Positions 51,140 through 64,000 of a DNA stretch of 64,000 nucleotides are shown here, one piece after another. Under the pieces are notes generated by a model. The model saw only the letters and a program-made list of their open reading frames with translations. It was not told the origin of the DNA and made no database searches. Position 1 is the stretch's first letter. Each line of letters opens with the position of its first letter. Both the position numbers and the translations under genes were made by a program. Origin of the DNA: the human T2T-CHM13v2.0 reference genome, Homo sapiens. Where the stretch lies: the NCBI RefSeq assembly GCF_009914755.1, contig NC_060930.1, one strand, 5' to 3'.

Positions 51140-51350
51140 TAATAAAAGCTAATTTTATAGTGTTTACTTCATGTCTGATACCATTTGACGTGCTTTGTAA
51201 TATTTGAGTTAATCCTCACTAAAAAGAGTTAAGTGCTGTAGATTTAAGACATGAGAAACCAAAAACTTTTTTGGGGTCACACAGTTGGTAAATGGTGGCT
51301 TTGAGATTAAACCATGTGGTTAATTATGGAGCCTGTCATTTTAATTATGA
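51140..51350 (-). mobile_element. MIR
   Basis: ttaatcctcac; ggtcacacagttggtaaatggtggc. Confidence 0.6.
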
Positions 51351-51642
51351 CTCCTTCATCCCAGTACTCTTCTGATTTTATAAATCTTTAAAATATATCC
51401 TGCAAAAGTAACAGACATGTAATGGGGCATGAAAGAATTAAAAAGCAATTGAATGGATGCTTGATGTTATTATTACACAGGATACATCATGGTACAAGCC
51501 AAATGGAGACGCGTTATAAACTCTTACCGAATGAATTAAGAATCCTCACGCAAAGACATTTTTCTCACTGGATTCCTCTTCCACCTCCATTAACACCCAC
51601 TATTATCCTTAATGCCAACACAGCACACACATACCATATAGA

Positions 51643-51981
51643 TGTTTTCTTAGTCTGTTTTTATGCTGCTATAACAGAATAGTTTAGACTGGGTAATTTA
51701 TAATAAACAGAAATTTACTTGGTTCTGGAGGCTGCAAAGTCCAAGAGCATGGGGTTGGTATGTGAAGAGGGCTTTCTTATTTTGTCATCCCATGATGGAA
51801 AGCGGAAAGGTAAAAGACCACTTGTGGGAGAGAGCATCAGATTAAACTTGCAGCCTTTAGCCTTTTTATAAGGGCAGAGCCCTTACAACCTACACACCTT
51901 ACATTAGGCCCTACTTCCCAACACTCTTGCACTGGGGGTTATTTCCAATGCATGCTTTTTGGGGGACACATGCAAATCGCA
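51643..51981 (-). mobile_element. MSTC/D LTR
   Basis: cttagtctgtttt.tgctgctataacagaata...ttttgggggacacat. Confidence 0.8.
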
Positions 51982-54900
51982 GAAATGCATATCAAGATAA
52001 TTTGTCATAACACTGAGTTGGCCATCTCTAGAGTACACAAAAAGAGACCAGCAGCATTGTGTGATCAGCCTTAAGGATTTTGAAGTGAAAGTGACTACAT
52101 GAACTACTGACTTGGGGCACCAAGAGAAGTATTGCAACTGGATGAGGATATAGCCTCAGTCACCCTTATATGCTTTCACTGGTCCTAAATTGTGCAGCTG
52201 ATGAATTTTATTTGGCATGTATAGCTATTAATATACCTAAAATAAAGCTATTTTGCTTTGGCACTTTTGCCAACCTTGAAAAACTCAAAGATGCACAAAG
52301 TCAGATCCATGAGGAATAACATGAAGTTCTAACAATCAGAAAAATGCAGATCTAGAGAGCCATTTGTGACTTAGTAAAATACAGTGACTATCTTTCAACC
52401 ACTTCTTTAACTTCTATAATTACATTTGTACACAAGGATGCCTGCTCCTTGTGTGTAATTTTATACATTTGTTAGATGCAACAGAAACTCAGAGGTTGTC
52501 ATCTTATATTGGAGCATTATAAATTCATGATAGACTTTTAATAATTGTTATCCTTTAAATAAAAGCTAAAAACAACCAATGAGAAGCCAATACAGTAAAA
52601 TACATTTATTTGTGAATAATTCTATCTTTAAAGATTGCTCAAGTGATATATTTGGAAAATTGCAATCATTTTATCTTAGGCTGAAATTTTATCATCAATT
52701 CTTAAACATATGCAATTAAATGGTGGGAAGGGGTGAGAATTTATTTGCTTATGCTTTATCAATACATAGCAGGATACATTAGTTATGCATATCTGAAAGC
52801 ACATTTCTCATGATAAGTGATTTCTGAATGGAATTTCATGAAGTTTTATAGCTTTACTATGACTAAAATATGTAATTTGAATAAAATCTTTGCAAAGCAC
52901 AAATGAACAGTATTCACACATCCAAAGTGAGAGGGGGATGTGGCTTAATGTGGCGTGTGGCCTGTGAATCAAGTAGAAGGCTAATAATTCACACTTCGTG
53001 GTTTTAAACAAAATAGAAATGTAACTTGGGACTCCTGGAAATGATCGAAATCACAAACAAAAAAAGTGATGTGTTCTTCACTTTTCATGTAAGTCATACT
53101 TGACATAAAACACATGTATTAAAAAATGAATAATTACCTAGAATAGTGTTTTACCAGCCAATATCTCAACATGTAGCAGTCAGTGATGAGTAATCCTATG
53201 CATTTATAATGAGAATTATCCTCACTATCAAAAATACTTCAGGGTCCAACTTAATTATAGAAACAAATTTAGTTGAGACTCTTAGACAAATGGATCTTTG
53301 ATTTATTTCCCTGTCACACTGTTCTTCTTTATGTACCCCAAACTAAAAAAGCCATATTATCTGAACTTTTAAAAGATTGTAGGGTAGCAGTTTTTTAAAG
53401 GTTATTCATAATCAGCATTTGAAAATAGCACTTCATCTCTCATATTGGCTTAACATGCCAGCTTTAGTTGTTATTTATTACCTATTAAATCTGATTGAAA
53501 CAAAGCAATAAGAGAGTAATATACTGTAGCACAATTTGTTTCTTACCTGTGCTGTTGCTGAATTTTTGTATATTTGTCTAACATTATATTATCTCATCAT
53601 ATTGCAATTATTTATTTATCTATCTCCTTCACTGGTCTATAAGATCCTCAAGAGCAGATAAACTAAGTGGGGTTGTAAAAATGCTGTGTCTTTGGTATCC
53701 ACAAATATGTGGGGCTGGGGAAGACAGGGACTACTGTTATGTGACCAGATCAAAAGATTTGTCTAAATTAAGCCTCAAAGTATTTTTTAAAAATCGAAGT
53801 GGCCAGTCCAAAAGTAGCTCTTTTATTCTTACAATACTTTAAATGAGATAGATAGGCCCTTAAATGGATATCTTATTCATTCATTCATTTGTTTGAAAGT
53901 ACTAGTGATATATTTCCGTGAGGTATTCAATGATTCAAGCAAACTTTCCTAAATTATTTCAGACTTGTGAGGTTTTACTACATAATTTTCTATTAGAGTG
54001 AATTTATACAAAAATTTCCCTCATGTCATGTTTTTTTTCTCCCTTATAGATTACAAATAGTTCACGTTACCTAGGTGTTTGTAGGTCTCATCAGTACCTG
54101 TTTACAGTTAAGAATTTTTCAACCGTTATTCAATTATGTCATCATCAGATGACTTTTTAAAGGTGATAGCAGTGATACATGATTATTTAAATATTACAAA
54201 GGATCATTTCAAAGTGATAAATATCTGTATGTGGGGTTATCCTAGAATTGGTAAAACCAATCTAAATTTATAGAATAGAAGCTCGTGGTCCTTTTTGGGA
54301 AGAATCAAAGGTAAAAATCATGGGAATGGGGAAATAGACGTGTAAGTAAAGTCTTCCTAACTGCAATATTAGAAAGGCTGTAATTTTACATGGCATTTAT
54401 GAGTAAAGTGTCATAAGAAGTATTTAATGAATACATTGCCTTGTAACATTCCACAGGGTACATTTTATGTGCTCTCTAGTATTGCTTTTCTCTGTATGGG
54501 TATTTCAGTTTGCTAATGGTTAAGGAAACAGAACTGCTTCTGATCATGTATGTTTGTTAGAAACAATTGGTCATGTAAAACACCAATGACTTGGATGATT
54601 CAAACTTGTCTAGCTATTTCAGGTAATTAAACACAGATGAGAATTTATGACTGCTTGGGTTTTCAGAACTTTTCCTAATGCTCTTGATAGTGATACATAG
54701 ATGTGAGGGAACATGGTACTTATAGCCTATACACACACCAGTAGAAAAAGTTCTTTTTGTTTCCAAACACTTCTGCAACTCAATTATTATATGGTAATTT
54801 ATGTTAATGAATTTTCTTTCACTCTGAGGATTCATCAACTACCTAATGGCTCAATTTTAGCTCAGACTGGTTGTGTGATATGGTTACAGAGTATTTGCTT

Positions 54901-55349
54901 CAGGTTTGTCTTAATCTTATGTTACTGTATAAGCATTATTGCCTTAATTTTATTCTCTCAAGTCGTTAGTATAATGACAGTTGAACTTTTCATGAAGTAA
55001 GCCCAAAAGTTAAGAGGAGACTGTAGTCCATAATCCTTGTGGTATCGTGACCCATGTTGACCATGGGTGTGTGATTTCTGAAGAAGTAAGAAGAAATTTT
55101 TAGAATTCTTCTCCAGGTGCTGCTTAATTTGCCATAATTGAGACACTTACTAGAATCAGGATAATTCATCTTAAACTATGCATATAACATTTTAGCGTGG
55201 GATCAATGAGATTAAGTGTTTTCATCAAAAGATTATCTTATTGTTTTGAGAATTTATTTCCCTTTTCTAAACATTTTGCAAATACAATTCTAAATCTGTA
55301 GAATCTCTTTGATTAGAATTCTGATTTAAATATACTTTTATATTAACTC

Positions 55350-57078
55350 CAAAGATGGCCTTTAACAATACCAATATATTGGTATTTATGCCTTTGTGTG
55401 ATCCCTTACCCTTGAGTTAACTGAATTTAATGATGTATTATCAGGCAAAATTCACCCCTGATATTTCACGTAGGTTCTTTTCTATTTTCCCTAAGTGTCA
55501 GCCAGTCTGAGAAATAAAGGGAAAGAGTACAAAAGAGAGAAATTTTAAAGCTGGGTGTCCGGGGGAGACATCACATGTTGGCAGGTTCTGTGATGCCCCT
55601 GAGCCATAAAACCAGCAAGTTTTTATTAGTGACTTTCAAAAGGAGTGGGAGTGTATGAATAGGGTGTGGGTCACAGAGATCACATGCTTCACAAGGTAAT
55701 AAGATATCACAAGGCAAATGGAGGCAGGGCGAGATCACAGGACCACAGGACCAGGGCTAAATTAAAATTGCTAATGAAGTTTTGGGCATGCATTGTCATT
55801 GACAACATCTTATCAGGAAAGGGGGTTTGAGAGCAGACAACTGGTCTGACCAAAATTTATTAGGCGGGGATTTCCTCATCCTAATAAGCCTAGGAGCGCT
55901 ATGGGAGACTGGGGCTTATTTCATCCCTACAGCTGCGACCGTAAAAGACAGCCACCCCTAAAGCGGCCATTTCAGAGGCCTACTCTCAGGGACGCATTCT
56001 CTTTCTCAGGGATGTTCCTTGCTGAGAAAAAGAATTCGGCGATATTTCTCCCATTTGCTTTTGAAAGAAGAGAAATATGGCTCTGTTCTGCCCGGCTCAC
56101 CGGCGGTCAGAGTTTAAGGTTATCTCTCTTGTTCCCTGAACATTGCTGTTATCCTGTTCTTTTTCCAAGGTGCCCAGATTTCATATTGTTCAAACACACA
56201 TGCTCTACAAACAATTTGTGCAGTTTACACAATCATCACAGGGTCCTGAGGTGACACACATCCTCCTCAGCTTACGAAGATGACAGGTTTAAGAGATTAA
56301 AGTAAAGACAGGCATAGGAAATCACAAGGGTATTGATTGGGGAAGTGATAAGTGTCCATGAAATCTTCACAATTTATGTTCAGAGATTGCAGTAAAGACA
56401 GGTATAAGAAATTATAAAAGTATTAATTTGGGGAACTAATAAATTTCCATGAAATCTTCACAATTTATGTTCTTCTGCCATGGCTTCAGCTGGTCCCCCC
56501 GTTCAGGGTCCCTGACTTCCCACAACAATGTATTTTTAGTGAATTGAATGAGGCAGAGGTGAGGGAGATTCAGAACTTGTGCTAATGCTCTTGATAGTGA
56601 TATATAGATGTGAGGGAACGTGGTACTTTCACAAGTGTCTGAGATTATGTTTTAGAAGATTGTGGTTTCTCTCTTGAATGTTTTCTCTCCTTCTCCTGCT
56701 TGCTTGATCTGAGGGAAGACAGCTTCCATGAGCTACCTTGTGGAGAAGTCCACATGGCAAGAAACTGAGAGAAGGTTCTGGCCAACAACCTGTGAGGAAC
56801 TGTGGCCTACAGTCTGACAACGTGTAAGGAAATGAATCCTGCCAAAAACCACATGAGGGAGCTTGGAATAGGATCCTCCCAGTTGAGTCTTCAGATAAGA
56901 CTGTAGCCCTAATTGGTGGCTTAACTGCAACCTTATGGGATGTCTTGAAATAGAGATAGTCAGACAAACTTCAACAGAATGCCCAATACCCAGAAACCAT
57001 GAGTTGATGATGCTTGTTTTTTTTTTAACTGGGTAAGTTTTAGAGTAACTTGTTATACAGAAATAGGTAACCAATACA
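55350..57078 (+). mobile_element. MLT1F-like LTR, split by MER11
   Basis: tggagaagtccacatggcaaggaaactgag; tgaatcctgccaa.aaccacatgag; ttgttatacag..atag.taaccaataca. Confidence 0.8.
55439..56527 (-). mobile_element. MER11B/C solo LTR (HERV-K11/HML-8), 1089 bp
   Basis: Minus strand starts tgttgtgggaagtcagggacc; internal catgaaatcttcacaatttatgttc repeat; perfect 6-bp TSD atgtat. Confidence 0.95.
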
Positions 57079-57187
57079 ACTGCGTATACACTAAACTTTT
57101 GAAAATTAAAAACAAAAGTCAAACTGGTTTCTGAGGGTCAAGTAGACTTTTAATGAAGCAACTGTTAAAATTTAATTGTTTAGTTTA

Positions 57188-57455
57188 TGTGCTAGTTTAC
57201 CATGGCTGCCATAACAAAGTACCATAGACTGGGTGTTTTAAACAACAGAGCTATTTTTCCTCACAATTTTGAAGCCCCAAGGTTTAAGATCAAGGTTTTG
57301 GCATGTTTGTTTCTTCTGGGGCCCTCTCTACTTGGCTTGCAGATGGCCATCTTCTTCCTATGTCTTCATATGGTTTTCTCTCTTTATCTCTGTAAAGACC
57401 CTATCTCAAAATAGTCTGACATCCTGAGGTACTGGGGATTAGGACTTCAACATAA
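57188..57455 (-). mobile_element. MLT1B-like LTR with internal deletion
   Basis: ggctgccataacaaagtaccatagactgggtg...ctgaggtactgggg.ttaggacttcaacata. Confidence 0.8.
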
Positions 57456-57615
57456 TAGTTTCTAATAATAATGGTTAATGTTTAGTGGGCATTAATGTAT
57501 TATCTCATTTATCACAATAGCTCCATATGATACATGCAATTATTACTTTGGTTATAAGAAGAAGAAAACTAAGGCTTAAAGAGGCTAATTAATATGCTTG
57601 AGGTTATACATCTAA

Positions 57616-58680
57616 TGTAGTCAGTTTTCATGCTGCTGGTAAAGACATACCTGAGACTGAGTGACTTATACAGGAAAAAGGGTTTAATGGATTTACAGTT
57701 CCATGTGGTTGGGGAGGCCTCACAATCATGGCAGAAGGCAAGGAGGAAAAAGTCACATCTTACATGGATGGCAGCAGGCAAAGAGAGAGTTAGTGCAGGG
57801 AAACTCCCCATTATAGAACCATCTGATCTCGTGAAATTTATTCACTATCACTGCTTTCATGGGCTAGCATTAAGCGTCTGTGTCTCTTCCAGGTGCAAAG
57901 TACAAGCTGCCAGTGGATCGCTATCATTCTGATGTCTGGAGGATGATGGCCCTCTTCTCACAGCTCCACTAGGTGGTGCCCTAATAGGGACTCTGTTGGG
58001 GGGCTCCAACCCTACATTTCCCTTCTGCACTGCCTTAACAGAGGTTATCCATGAGGGCCCCGCTCCTGCAGCAAACTTCTACGTAGGCATCCAGACATTT
58101 CCATACATCTTCTGAAATCTAGGCAGAAGTTTCCAAACTCCAATTCTTGGCTTCTCTGCACCTGCAGGCTCAACACCACAAGGAAGCTGCCAAGGCTTGA
58201 GGCTTGCACCCCCTGATGCCATGGCCCAAGCTCTTCATTACTTATGCAAATTCCTGCAGCTGGCTTGGATTTCTCCTCAGAAAATGGGATTTTCTTTTTT
58301 ATTACATTGTCAGGCTTCAAATTTTCTGAACTTTTATGTTCTGCTTCCTTTATAAAACTGAATGCCTTTAACAGCACCTAAGCCACATCTTGAATGCTTT
58401 GCTGCTTAGAAATTTCTTCTGCCAGTTACCCTAAATCATCTCTCTCTCAAAGTTCCACAAATCTCTAGGGCAGGGGCAAAATGCTGCCAGTCTCATTGCT
58501 AAAACATAACAACAGTCACCTTTGCTCCAATTCCCAACAAATTCCTCATTTCCATATGAGACCACCTCGGCCTAGACCTTATTGTCCATATCGCTATTCG
58601 CATTTTGGGCAAAGCCATTCAAGTTTCTACGAAGTTCCAAACTTTCCCACATTTTCCTTTCTTCTTCTCAGCCCTCCAAA
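57616..58680 (-). mobile_element. Rearranged THE1: partial 3' LTR joined to deleted internal region
   Basis: LTR to about 57851 (ttcactatca), then internal ctgctttcatgggct; second jump near 58230; no 5' LTR. Confidence 0.9.
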
Positions 58681-58835
58681 TAGCTTTTGGATTATTTATA
58701 ACCCAAAGGATAAGTGCTTGAGGTGATAGATAACCCATTTTTCGTGATGTGATTAATTCACAATGCATGCCTGTATGAAAACATGTTGTGCTCCATAAAT
58801 ATATGCATCTATGTACCCACAAGAATTAAAAAAAA
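58681..58835 (+). mobile_element. L1MA (about MA1-3) extreme 3' end
   Basis: aaggataagtgcttgaggtgat...tatgtacccacaagaattaaaaaaa. Confidence 0.85.
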
Positions 58836-59982
58836 TATGGAGTAGCATTGGCATGAGCCCTTGCACAATCTGGTTCTAGGAGAAAAAGTTGGGTTTCCCT
58901 GCAGCCCTCTTTTCCACAGTACTACTGTTCTTTTGATTTATCTCAAACTATTTTATTCTCTTTTCCTACAAAACCCCCAGTTCAGGCTGAAATCTTGTTA
59001 CAGTCTGGTGAGCCACTGCTTTTTTATTTAAAGAAATAACTCCTGGTTTTAGTGATCTACATCTGTTCAGAAATAGTGGAAGACTGTAGATACCTACTTT
59101 TACCAATTGCTCAAGTGATTTTCTATTTAATGCTTTTAATGCTGTTAATTTTTTGATAGAAATTTCATTTTTTACTTAATCAACTTCATTTATACAGCCT
59201 TTAAGTCTCACATTCTCAGCTGGGTCATTCTTCCTTTTCTTCATAATTTTGTTTTCAGCCTATCAATCAGAAATTATTTGTTTGCTTACAGCCTATTAGA
59301 AATTATTCTGAAGATTTACAATTTCTTATTAAATGTCACAAAGCAGGGAAAAAGAGTAAGAACAAGAAAAGCCATTCTGCTCTATAACATCAAGCTTATA
59401 TAACCTTTGTAATTGGATTTTAAAAAGTGAAATATTTCAGCCTGTGAATAGGAACTTTATGGTTTATTCCCTTTTAAAAATAAGAGGATTTAAAGTATAC
59501 ACGTCCATATTTCATTAATAAGTTTGTTTTGGAATTAAATCATGAGTGCTATAGGCTGAATGTTTATGAGACCCCAATATTCATGTGGAAACCCAAGGCC
59601 CCATGTGATGTTATTAGGAGGTAAGGCCTGTAGAAGGTAATTAGGTCATGAGGTTGGAGCCATCATGATTGAAATTAGTGCCATTATAAAAAGACATGAT
59701 TTATGTCAAAAAATCAACAGCATTAAAATCATTAAGTAAAAAATCACTGGAGCAATTGGTAAAATGTGTTCTCTCTCTCTGCTCTATGCCATGTATAGAT
59801 ACAGTGAGATGGCTGTCTGCAATCTAGGTCGTGAGCCCTTACCAGAGAGTGGGTCTCTTAACACCTTGATCTTGGACTTTCTAGCTTCCAGAACTGTGAG
59901 AAATAAATTTCTGTTGTTTAAGTCAGCCAGTCTATGGTATTTTTTTGTAGAAGCCTGAACTAACTAAGACAGCAATTTGTAT

Positions 59983-60495
59983 AGAAGTACCCCTTTATCT
60001 GTGGGGGACATGTTCTAAGACACCCAGTCGATGCCTAAAACTATGGAGAGTTCCAAACCATATATGTATGTTTAATTTATAAATTAAGCATAGTAAAAAA
60101 TTAACAACTAACAATAAAATAGAATGATTACAACATTATGTCTGCATCACTACTTTTGCACTTTGGGGCCATTATTAAGTTAAATAAGAGTCACCTGAAC
60201 ACAAGCACTGTGCTACCATGACAGTTGATTTGAGAACTGAGATTACTAAGTGACTAAGGGTTGGAAGCATCTACAGCATGAATATGCTAGAGAAATAGAT
60301 GATTTATGTCCCAACCAGGATAAGCTGGGTTGGTGCGAAATTTTATCACACTACTCAAATAATGTGCAATTTAAAATTTATGGATTGTTTATTTCTGGAA
60401 TTTTCCATTTAACAAGTTTTGACCATGGTTGACTGTGAGTACCTGAAACCATGGAAAGCAAAACCATGGATAATAGCAGGGGACAGGGGCTACCA
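59983..60495 (-). mobile_element. MER44 nested at the start of the MaLR internal region
   Basis: ttgtttatttctggaattttccattt..gaccatggttgac is the reverse complement of the 2663 element core. Confidence 0.85.
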
Positions 60496-60699
60496 TGCTA
60501 AGAAGTAAGGGTGCTGCTATAACAAATACATAAAAATATATGGCTTTGGAACTGGGTAATGGGTATAGGTTGGAAGAATTTTGAGGGGCATGTTAGAAAA
60601 ATGCTGATATTGGCATGAAGGGACTTTTAGAGGTCATTTTCTTAGAGGGAACAAAATTAATCAGGAATAGTATGTTGCTAGAAATATGGACAGTAAAAA

Positions 60700-61051
60700 A
60701 CTCAGTCTGTTCCTGCTGCTATAACAACATACCTTAAACTGGATAACTTATAAATAACATGCATTTATTGCTCACAGTTCTGGAAGCTGGCAAGCCCAAG
60801 ATTAAGAAACCAGAAGATTTTGTTTGTGGTAAGAGGTCTGTGCTTCATAGATGTTGCCTTGTTGATGCATTCTGACATGGCAGAATGGGGACACAGGCTC
60901 TTTCAAGCCTCTTTTATAAGGACACAAACTTCATTCATAAGGGTTAAGCCCTCATGACTTAATCTTCTCCCAAAAGTCCTACCTGAATATCATCAAAATG
61001 GGGATTAGGCTTACATACATTTGGTGGGACACAAACATTCAGACCATAACA
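60700..61051 (-). mobile_element. MLT1A-type LTR nested antisense in the MaLR internal region
   Basis: ctcagtctgttc.tgctgctataacaa...ggacacaaacattcagaccataaca. Confidence 0.85.
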
Positions 61052-63213
61052 GTGCCATTCTGATGAGACGTCGGATAGAAATGAACATGCTATTGAAAAT
61101 TGGAGGAAAGGCAAATTTTGTTATATTTTGTCAAAGAACTTAGCTGAATTATCTTCATATTCTAGTGTTTTGTGGAAATTAGAAATTGTGGAACAATGAA
61201 ATTGAATATTTAACTGAGGAGATTTCTAAGCAAAGTGTTGAAAGAGTAGCTTGGTTCCTCCTGATTGCTTAGGGTAAAATGTGAAGAAGGAAATGAATTG
61301 AAGATGGAATTGTTAAACAAAAAGGAGTCAGAACTTAAAGATTTAGAAAATTCTCATCAGGCTTTTTATATTTTAAAATATGTGAAAGAGTGTTAGGAAG
61401 ATAATGCTAAGGATATGGTAGATGGCATATTTGGTAAGAAGATTAGTGTGGCTGTGAACCACAGGCTTAAATGACCATCACAACAGAAGCCAGGAATAGA
61501 TATGGGATTATGGTAGCAGAAACACTGCTACCTGGGACATAATTAAGCAGGGAAAATGGGCCCAAATGAGGAAAGACTGTTGAACTTCTTAGACTTTATA
61601 GGAACATACCATACAACTATTTATCTCTGAACATGCTATTGTTTAAGACAAGGAAAGAAGGACCTAGAAGGTGATGCAGAGGCTATCAAGCCTGCCACTC
61701 CCACCACAGAACCAGAGTAAATAGGTGTAGGGATAGGGCTGTTGCTACCTCAATTTCAAGGGGTGGGACCATCACTCAGTGGAGCCATGAGAGTGACATG
61801 GACCAACACTCAATGGAGCCATGAGGGTGACACTGCACAGAGCCACTGGCTTCAGACCTCTACCAGGCAGAACTGCAGAGGAAAAGCTGCAGCCCCAGTG
61901 GGTCCTGTAGGCAGGACCACTGCCCCAGTGGGTCTGGAAGGCAGAAAATCAAGCCAGAGAGGATTATTATTAAGCCTTAAGGTGTAATACAATTTTGCTT
62001 GCTAAGTTTTAGACTTGCTTGGGACCCGGCACTCTGTTTCTTTCCCATCTCTCCCTTTTGGAGTGAAAATATTCTATGAGTGTTCCACTCATATTTTGGG
62101 AGCATATAACTTGTTTTGTTTCAAAGGTTCACAGGTGGGGAGGAATTTTGCCTCGGGATAAATGATACCTTGAGTCTCACCCATATATGATTCATATGAC
62201 ATTTAGATGAGGCTTTGTACTTTAGGCTTTCAAGTTGATGCTAGAATGAGTTAAGAGTTTTGGGGCTGTTGGGATGAAATAAATGTATTTAGTTTGTGAG
62301 TAGGATGTGAAGTTTGGAAGGCCAGAATCAGAATGCTATAAACTGAACATTTTTGTCACTGCCTCCAAATTCATATGGTGAAATCCTAACCCTCAATGTA
62401 ATGGTTTTAGGAGGTGGGACCTTTGGGGTGTAATTAGATCATGAGGGTGGAGCTTTCATGAATGATATTAGTGCCCTTATAAAAAGATAAGATACAGCTT
62501 TTTTCCTCTCTCTTATACACCATATGAGGATACTAGGAGAAAATACCATCTGTACCCCGGAAAGGTGCCCTTACCAGACACTAGATCTGTTGGCATCGTG
62601 ATCTTAGAATTCTCAGCCTCCAGAACTACAAGAAAAAAAATTCTGTTGTTTAGCTACCCAGTCTGTGGTATTCTGTTATAGCAGTGTGAACTGACTAATC
62701 CAATGGGTCAAAAGATAAATATATAATGATCAAGAAGACCTAACCACAAAAATATCTGAGGTAGTTAATTTATCTCCTGAGATAAAACAAAGCAGGACTC
62801 TTTGCCTATCAATGTGCCTAAAAATAAAGAAGTCAGTGAGAGATTACTGGTCTCCATTTCTGCTGCTCAACTCTAAATAACTTTGGAAGAAATGCAATCA
62901 GGAAAAGAGAGTTTTAGTCTGATTGTCAGGTCTAAAGGATAGGTGTATAGGGTGGAGAAACTGACAGTATAAAAATTCTAAGCCTTCTTCTGGGGCTTGA
63001 TAGAGTGAGTGCTGTATCTAGACCATCATTATCATTGCCCCAGATTCAAAGCACTCGGTTTATCCAAGACTGGTAAGGTTGGGGACATTTAGAGCTCAGC
63101 CATGGGCCAGTAGAAGCCATCATCTGGAATTTATCACAAGCTATTTTCATCCATGGGGAAATGTACTCAGACTCAAAAGAGGCTTTTAGACTGATTCCAA
63201 CTTGGAGGATGAG

Positions 63214-63220
63214 TATATAC

Positions 63221-63277
<57 letters not shown>

Positions 63278-63300
63278 TATACTCTCGTGTGTGTGTATAA
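63214..63300. repeat. Interrupted (TA)n microsatellite
   Basis: Directly visible. Confidence 0.95.
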
Positions 63301-64000
63301 TATATGAAATTAATGTGTGAAAAATACATATGTACACCTCTTCTCTGCTATTCTTGTTTTGTACTTTTCAAATTCTAATTCACAGTTATCTCCTTTTATT
63401 GTTTTTTCAATAAGAATGATTCACTGTTTTTTTTCTAATTCCAGAATCAAAATTCTCTTCAATTCTTATAGGATAAATGAAACATTTATTTGCTTATACT
63501 TTTCTGGCAAGAGGAGATGGTATTCAAGATTTCTGTATGTTCCCTTTACAGACCATGGAATATCTAAATCAAGAACTATATCTTTTTAACATTGATTTTT
63601 GAATAACTGGAACAATCCTAAAAATTCTCAAAATATATGAGTGGGTAATATATTTGATTTTGTTTAGTGAACATGAAGTTTTAAACCAGAGTTATAATAT
63701 GAAATCTCAGGGCAGTGTGCTAGAAATCAGGAGGATTGGGTGGGGGCATTCCTTGATCTTTTCATCTCCTAGAGTCCATCTCTACATTGCAGTCATGTTC
63801 TATGATGAACCATTGGTCTCATAGTAGGGGCTCAGTGAGTATTTGACAAAGTGGAAAGGAAAGCCAGGTCTACTGGGAACCCTGAGAAGCTTCCAGAGTG
63901 TCATCCAGAGTTTGGCCAGCTCTCTGTCCTTTTTCTGCTTTGACTTCCAATGCAGAGTGATTCTCTAGTAGAAGACAATATGGAAAAGGTAATACAGAAC

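Larger units (their letters stand above)
59547..62702 (+). mobile_element. Two-LTR MLT1A-type MaLR (LTRs 59547-59971 and 62334-62702) with nested inserts
   Basis: Paired tgctata...actaa..ca LTRs; internal tggctttggaactgggtaatggg; TSD atgag/atggg. Confidence 0.85.

Noticed and set aside
54030-54350. Strong splice acceptor at 54049
   Set aside because: No clear partner donor and no open frame; isolated acceptors are common.
56300-56475. Spaced direct repeats that superficially resemble a CRISPR array
   Set aside because: Intrinsic tandem unit of the MER11 LTR in eukaryotic DNA; no cas genes or unique spacers.

Overview
Non-coding, repeat-dense primate genomic DNA. AluY and a MER11 LTR point to a catarrhine, possibly human. 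I find no protein-coding exon, tRNA, rRNA or CRISPR array. The ORF track is explained by transposon remnants (L1 ORF0/ORF1/ORF2, ERVL integrase and dUTPase, MaLR internal sequence, Alu) or by chance. Much of the window is L1, Alu, L2, MIR, MaLR/ERV LTRs and hAT/Tigger fossils, often nested, including a two-LTR THE1A, a two-LTR MLT1A-type element and an L1MC-type element with both ends. I cannot support a new biological system. The most unusual directly visible signal is a set of local template-switch scars: two 60-70 bp templated insertions copied from nearby DNA into MLT1 LTRs (one direct, one inverted), a ~75 bp inversion inside a TSD-bounded LTR, two identical 41-bp tandem duplications and a perfect 17-bp hairpin. 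Also notable are a collapsed L1PB that keeps a CpG-rich 5' end and candidate plus-strand non-coding exons downstream of THE1A LTRs. Repeat subfamily names come from recalled consensus sequences, and boundaries without TSDs are approximate.
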